From a virus (Duplodnaviria > Caudoviricetes), in the IMG/VR virus record IMGVR_UViG_3300047469_000103, positions 128,001 through 192,000 of that record: a DNA stretch of 64,000 nucleotides; one strand, written 5' to 3'. The first letter of the stretch is position 1, and the number at the start of each line of letters is the position of its first letter. This document shows, piece after piece, positions 59,509-64,000 of the stretch. The translations under genes were made by a program, and so were the position numbers. Under the pieces are notes generated by a model. That model made no database searches. It had not been told where the DNA came from and saw only the letters and a program-made list of their open reading frames with translations.

Positions 59509-60773
59509 TGGAAGTTGCGACTGGTCTGATCTACGCCAGATGCAGAAGCATTAACCTTTGTTTTGGGTTGAGAAGAACCAGCCGGATTGCCCGCTTCAGA
59601 AAGGAACGGACGATACAGATAAAGGATTTCGGCGTACTTCTTACCGCCCTTAATCATGATCGTTTTCCCGCCGACAATGTAGCGACCGGCAACGTCGTTT
59701 GGTGCAGGCGTTCCAGAACCTTTTGCATCCGAACCTTGCTGGAAATCAATCGAGGTAAACGATTTAATATCTGTCGCGGAATCAGTGAGCGCAACGAGGC
59801 GTTCGCTAAACATGGAAAGCAAACGGACATTCTGGTAATACGCACGTTCGTAATGTTCGTGAATATTGTAACCGTCTTCAGGGCCGGTGCCGGGATCAAG
59901 TCCCGAATAACTCACACGTGCGCCACGCTCTTTTAACTGCGCCAGAATATCGGTGTTGATTGGAACGCCAGCAGCCGGAGCGCTAACATCCATCGTCTCA
60001 ATTGCCATCGCGCTTGTTTCATCTGCGAAAGCGTGACCGAACAGCTTGTGTCCGTAGTTTACAAAGTGCGTAAACAAACCGGAAACGCTCGTATCTTTTG
60101 CGGTACGAACATCAACGCTTGTGCCTGTAGCGCCTGCACCGTCTTTGTTGTGTACCAAAGTTTGTTTCGGCGTTTCTTTTAACAGGGCCATCAGGTCTTT
60201 ATAAACCAGTGTGCCGTCCATTCGCACGCAACGCGCCATGCAACTTGTATCGTCCACATATCCGCGCATTGCCAAGTCTTCAGAAAAACCTAAACGTGTC
60301 GTGTTTAAATTCATCCAAATTTGTGTATCGACAGTTGGTTTCGCCGGGCCTTCAAACAGCAGCGAGCTTCGTTCGGCCATCTGTTGCATAACGTTTGCGC
60401 TGGTGCCTTCGAAGGATTCAGCGTAAGAACCTGCACCGAATTTCGGAGCATCGTAAATGCAGACAACATGCAGAACTTTACCGCTTGCGTTTCGTGGTCG
60501 TGTCCAACCGAATACACGGAATTTATATTCCGGTGCGGTTTCAGCAGTCTTGCCGAGACGCAGCGAAATCAGTGTGCCGTTTTTCAAATTCAAATCACGC
60601 GACAAAGTTTCGTTTTCGTCACGCAGACTCAATTTCATAGCAGGTAGGCCCATACCAAACCCTTCCATGATCCAAATATTTTCGACCATGTTACCGGAAG
60701 GGGGCATAGGACTACCCGCAACATCGAGCGTGCAAAAAGCCATGCCTTCGATGTTGAGGGTAGCTTGTGCCAT
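59505..60773 (-). CDS. putative baseplate hub (T4 gp27 / GpD / VgrG-N-like)
   Basis: 422 aa; N-terminal IWIMEG...LPAMKLSLRD...ISLRLGK pattern; follows a gp53-like gene. Confidence 0.55.
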   Translation of the reverse strand: MAQATLNIEGMAFCTLDVAGSPMPPSGNMVENIWIMEGFGMGLPAMKLSLRDENETLSRDLNLKNGTLISLRLGKTAETAPEYKFRVFGWTRPRNASGKVLHVVCIYDAPKFGAGSYAESFEGTSANVMQQMAERSSLLFEGPAKPTVDTQIWMNLNTTRLGFSEDLAMRGYVDDTSCMARCVRMDGTLVYKDLMALLKETPKQTLVHNKDGAGATGTSVDVRTAKDTSVSGLFTHFVNYGHKLFGHAFADETSAMAIETMDVSAPAAGVPINTDILAQLKERGARVSYSGLDPGTGPEDGYNIHEHYERAYYQNVRLLSMFSERLVALTDSATDIKSFTSIDFQQGSDAKGSGTPAPNDVAGRYIVGGKTIMIKGGKKYAEILYLYRPFLSEAGNPAGSSQPKTKVNASASGVDQTSRNFQ

Positions 60774-60786
60774 AAATGCCTCTTAA

Positions 60787-61113
60787 TTAAATGGTGACGA
60801 TACTTGATTCCGAACTACTGGCTTTCGCCCGTTGCAGTCGCGTAGTCATTTCGTTCACGTTTGGAATTTTGATTCGCATTCCCTGTGTGATTTCCCAAAT
60901 GTCGTCAAGGCCGTTGTAGACCATGATTGCGCGCCACCACTTAATGTTGCGGTACGCATTAAAGGAAATCAAACCGGGGTTGAATTGTTCCATAGCATTT
61001 ACAGTATAAGGCGTATAGGATTCAACGCCTTCAATTGCCTCGTAGGAAACATCAAGCAGCGGATCAATTCCGTAAGAATCAACCCGTACAAATTCCCGTT
61101 GGTTGTAAAGCAT
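60787..61113 (-). CDS. baseplate wedge, T4 gp53 / LysM-like
   Basis: NPGLISFNAYRNIKWWRAIMVYNGLDDIWEITQGMRIKIP; start ATG 61113 behind GAGGT. Confidence 0.7.
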   Translation of the reverse strand: MLYNQREFVRVDSYGIDPLLDVSYEAIEGVESYTPYTVNAMEQFNPGLISFNAYRNIKWWRAIMVYNGLDDIWEITQGMRIKIPNVNEMTTRLQRAKASSSESSIVTI

Positions 61114-61121
61114 AGACCACC

Positions 61122-61862
61122 TCAAATAACTGCAAAGAATTTATCCAAGTCTTCTTTGGTCGTTGTCCAGTACGCTTCAAACGTCACGTTAATCGTTGCA
61201 GCAATCGGATTACCGACAGCATCAAACTGCGAATCAAACGTACAATCCACACTGTTGATAATGCACGGAGAAAAACGAAAGAAACGACCGACGTTCAACG
61301 TGATTTCATCGCCGCCTAATTGCACAGCGTTTGTAAAATCACCCGGTAGCAAACTGGTGACGCCTTGCGTATTCAGGTTAGGGCCGGGGGCGACCAGCAT
61401 GCCCCCAATGCCTTCACTTGGCGCAACCAATTGCAAAAGCTTTTTCATTTTGTCGGTTACTTCCAAATACGCATCGTCATACGCAACGATGGCAAAAGGA
61501 ATTGTGAGAATCAACGTAGAACCCGACGACCAAACAGCACCGCTCAAATATTTGTTGATCGACGTGATACCGGTTGTCGCACGTGAGATATTTTCCGCGT
61601 ACTGCGCGCCCTGTCCTTCACCGGTTTTTTCACCGGCAGTTTCAGACAACGGCTGCGCAAATGGGCGGTCATAACTGGAGGTCAAATGGAGGCCGAAGTT
61701 TTCAGGCAACGGCGTATCCATGTTAATAATCAATTCACCGTGCCGACGCACCTCAAGCTGTGCCGTATAAATACTGGCAATATCCGGTTTAGCTTTTGCG
61801 GAACCAGACGGAACGGTTACGTTGAAAATTGAAGCAACTGCTGCGCCAAATGATGTAGACAT
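61122..61862 (-). CDS. putative tail-tube initiator / baseplate cap (T4 gp48/gp54-like, CIS tube-like)
   Basis: APGP...ITLNVGRFFRFSPCIINSVDCTFD...GNPIAATINVTF tube-fold-like C-terminus; synteny. Confidence 0.55.
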   Translation of the reverse strand: MSTSFGAAVASIFNVTVPSGSAKAKPDIASIYTAQLEVRRHGELIINMDTPLPENFGLHLTSSYDRPFAQPLSETAGEKTGEGQGAQYAENISRATTGITSINKYLSGAVWSSGSTLILTIPFAIVAYDDAYLEVTDKMKKLLQLVAPSEGIGGMLVAPGPNLNTQGVTSLLPGDFTNAVQLGGDEITLNVGRFFRFSPCIINSVDCTFDSQFDAVGNPIAATINVTFEAYWTTTKEDLDKFFAVI

Positions 61863-64000
61863 TAAACATACCCTGAGTTGATAAATAAAAGCCCGAGGTC
61901 GTCAATCATTGCGGGCACATCGTCGAGTTGCGGCATGTCGTTTTTATCACCGGCTTTTCCACCGCCACCGCCACCACCGCCACCACTAGGCGCGGCACCG
62001 CCACCAGAAGGCGCAGTATCACCGCCGCTAACCATTGCAACTTTTTGCACACCGTCAAAAGAATTTCTTTCGGCAGGTGCAGCAACTGGTGTCGAAGTTA
62101 CAGCAGACATTGCAGTTGCAGGCGTTGCGGCGCTGCTAGTTTGGATTGGCGTTTCGTTTGCGTAATACGACGATGATGCAGGCGATTCGACAGGCGCTTT
62201 ACTTCCGAACATTTCCGCTGTCGATTGCATAAATCCACCGGTCGGCGTTGCTTTCATTCCCGGCGGTAAACCCGACTGTGAACCCATTACTTTTGGATGG
62301 TCTGTATTGCTGTACGTTGTTACGCCTTTTTCCGAAGGCCCACCGCCACCGAAGAAACCGGTTGCAGCATCAGCAACACCATTCACGATATTTCCGAACG
62401 ATGGCAAACCAGATGCGAGACGTGGAATATTCGGAATCGGCAAGGCACGACCGAGTTCCCGCATGTACGGGTTTTTACCGAATATTTTGTTTTTCAAACC
62501 ACCGGTTGCAGCGTCAACTTTACGCAGAGCTTTATCAACACCCGGCGCCATCGTACCGAACGAACCAATGCCTTCGATTTGTCCGATGCGTGTAATTGCA
62601 CCAGTAATTTTCCGTGTTGTTGCACTTTGCACAGGTTTTGCACTGCGACCGTAACCACCACCGCCACCCGGCGCAGGCGCTGTAGTGCCGCCACCATTTC
62701 CGAGAGCGCGCATTTTATCAGCACGTGCTTTCCAGTCAGTTCCCGATGCAGGCGCACCGCTTTTTAATTGTTGCTCATAAGCGGCTTGTTGTTCTGGTGT
62801 ACGCGTTACGGCTTTATCGCCCATCACGTCAACAGTTGCAGGAACATTTCCTTTTTCAACGCTGAAATCTTTGCTTTCGGTTTTCGTTGCATCCGCAGCG
62901 GCTTTATCATTTGCAGCAACAGCCGTAGCCACAGCAGCCGTCGCCACCGCTTCGTTTGCGGCTTCTTTTGCACCTAAAGCATTACCGGTTGCTTGCGTGG
63001 CTTTACTTTCCGATTCAGGTTTTGCAATGCCTGTACCGTCGCCAGTTGTGCCTTGCGATGGAATTGCACCTTTCGTATTTTCTTCAGCAGATTTTACTGT
63101 AACTTCTGCTGCTTTATCCATTTCTTTTGCAGCCGCAGCTTGCATCAGTTGTGGACTTTGACCACCGGAAGAAACTTCAGTACCGCCACCGCCGCCACCT
63201 TTACCACCGCCAGCACCAATTAATTCTACGTGCCAAGGTTCATTGGAAAGTGGACGGTGAAAACCATACTTTTTAAACATCCCGGTAGTTTCAAGGGACT
63301 GTGCAGATTTGCGGTCAATGTCGATTGCGAAACCGGATTCGTGACGCGACGTGCCGGGACGTGCAACACGTTTTGTATCGCGACCGTATTTAACCCACAA
63401 TTGTTCCTGTTCCATTCTGGTACGGAAAGCAGACGCAACGTTAACAACCGTGCCGCCCTGATTCGTTACCCAATCACCGACCATCGTGTACCATGCTTGT
63501 TTAAACTTTTGATTTAAACCAGCCAAGTTTACGTCGGAACCATTTGGAATTGTTGCTTTTTGTCCGGCTGCGTAAAATGCACCGTCAGCAGGGGAAAGCA
63601 TACCAGCCGCAGTACCGCCGCCAGCTTCGTCACCGCCCGCGCCACCAGTACCACCACCGCTGCCACCTTGCGGCATTGCCATAATTCCGACAGTGCCATT
63701 TGATGCACCACCACCGCCAGAACCACCAGAAGTTTTGCCGCCATATTCACCAATCATTTTCTGCGAATATTGCGCACCGATTCCCGAACCATCTTTTGCA
63801 GCAGAACCGGGGCCAGCTTTTTCTTCGTTAAGCATTGCCAGTGCGGCAGCTTTTTCTGTACCGGCGCGACGATAAATGCTGTCTTTTGTTTTCGAATCAC
63901 TGGAACGGAAACGCTCACTGACTGTAGCTGCGCGAGTATCTTGCAGACGCGAAATAACGTCGGCATCGTCCATGCCTGCTACGTCACGATTTCCCAACGC
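61862..64000 (-). CDS. tail-associated protein with M15 (D,D-carboxypeptidase/endopeptidase) domain; 5' end outside window
   Basis: SAFRT..EQ..L...VARPGTSRHESGFAIDI...YGFHRPLSNEPWHVE (SxHxxGxAxD / ExWH); Gly/Ala-rich linkers; frame open to the window edge. Confidence 0.8.
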   Translation of the reverse strand, partial: ALGNRDVAGMDDADVISRLQDTRAATVSERFRSSDSKTKDSIYRRAGTEKAAALAMLNEEKAGPGSAAKDGSGIGAQYSQKMIGEYGGKTSGGSGGGGASNGTVGIMAMPQGGSGGGTGGAGGDEAGGGTAAGMLSPADGAFYAAGQKATIPNGSDVNLAGLNQKFKQAWYTMVGDWVTNQGGTVVNVASAFRTRMEQEQLWVKYGRDTKRVARPGTSRHESGFAIDIDRKSAQSLETTGMFKKYGFHRPLSNEPWHVELIGAGGGKGGGGGGTEVSSGGQSPQLMQAAAAKEMDKAAEVTVKSAEENTKGAIPSQGTTGDGTGIAKPESESKATQATGNALGAKEAANEAVATAAVATAVAANDKAAADATKTESKDFSVEKGNVPATVDVMGDKAVTRTPEQQAAYEQQLKSGAPASGTDWKARADKMRALGNGGGTTAPAPGGGGGYGRSAKPVQSATTRKITGAITRIGQIEGIGSFGTMAPGVDKALRKVDAATGGLKNKIFGKNPYMRELGRALPIPNIPRLASGLPSFGNIVNGVADAATGFFGGGGPSEKGVTTYSNTDHPKVMGSQSGLPPGMKATPTGGFMQSTAEMFGSKAPVESPASSSYYANETPIQTSSAATPATAMSAVTSTPVAAPAERNSFDGVQKVAMVSGGDTAPSGGGAAPSGGGGGGGGGKAGDKNDMPQLDDVPAMIDDLGLLFINSGYV

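Noticed and set aside
61955-61990. CCACCG tandem repeats, also GCAGCAGG-type repeats in 33.8-34.8 kb
   Set aside because: Simply encode poly-Gly and PAAK linkers; no spacer structure, so not CRISPR or a VNTR locus
1-64000. CRISPR array, integrase, transposase, reverse transcriptase/DGR, rRNA
   Set aside because: No regularly spaced repeats, catalytic motifs or template/variable repeat pairs were seen

Overview
A 64-kb segment of a large (jumbo-type) tailed phage genome, probably a contractile-tailed phage of a proteobacterial host. This is inferred from sigma70-type promoters, a proteobacterial-type dCTP deaminase and T4/CIS-like baseplate genes. About 140 tightly packed genes all lie on the minus strand; the long plus-strand ORFs look like antisense shadows. 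Bases 1 to ~54 kb are an accessory/early region of mostly small hypothetical genes. Recognisable ones include a GNAT fusion, a Pol-beta-type nucleotidyltransferase, a LemA-like membrane module, TrfB/KorA-like and XRE HTH regulators, a KTSC multidomain histone-like protein, a stand-alone LytTR next to a VgrG3-like muramidase, a metallophosphoesterase and DUF1353. Bases ~55-64 kb hold dcd and structural genes: baseplate hub, gp53/LysM-like wedge, tail-tube-cap-like protein, and a 5'-truncated tail protein with an M15 peptidase domain. Two observations stand out. (1) A canonical programmed -1 frameshift signature (A_AAA_AAG, 7-nt spacer, stem-loop) at 55798-55792 would join a 316-aa late protein to a start-less 273-aa beta-propeller-like frame. 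(2) A repeated promoter / stem-loop / ACTCAC / Shine-Dalgarno leader cassette precedes at least six early operons. No tRNA, rRNA, CRISPR array, integrase or transposase was seen. Function calls come from motif recognition only; no database search was run.
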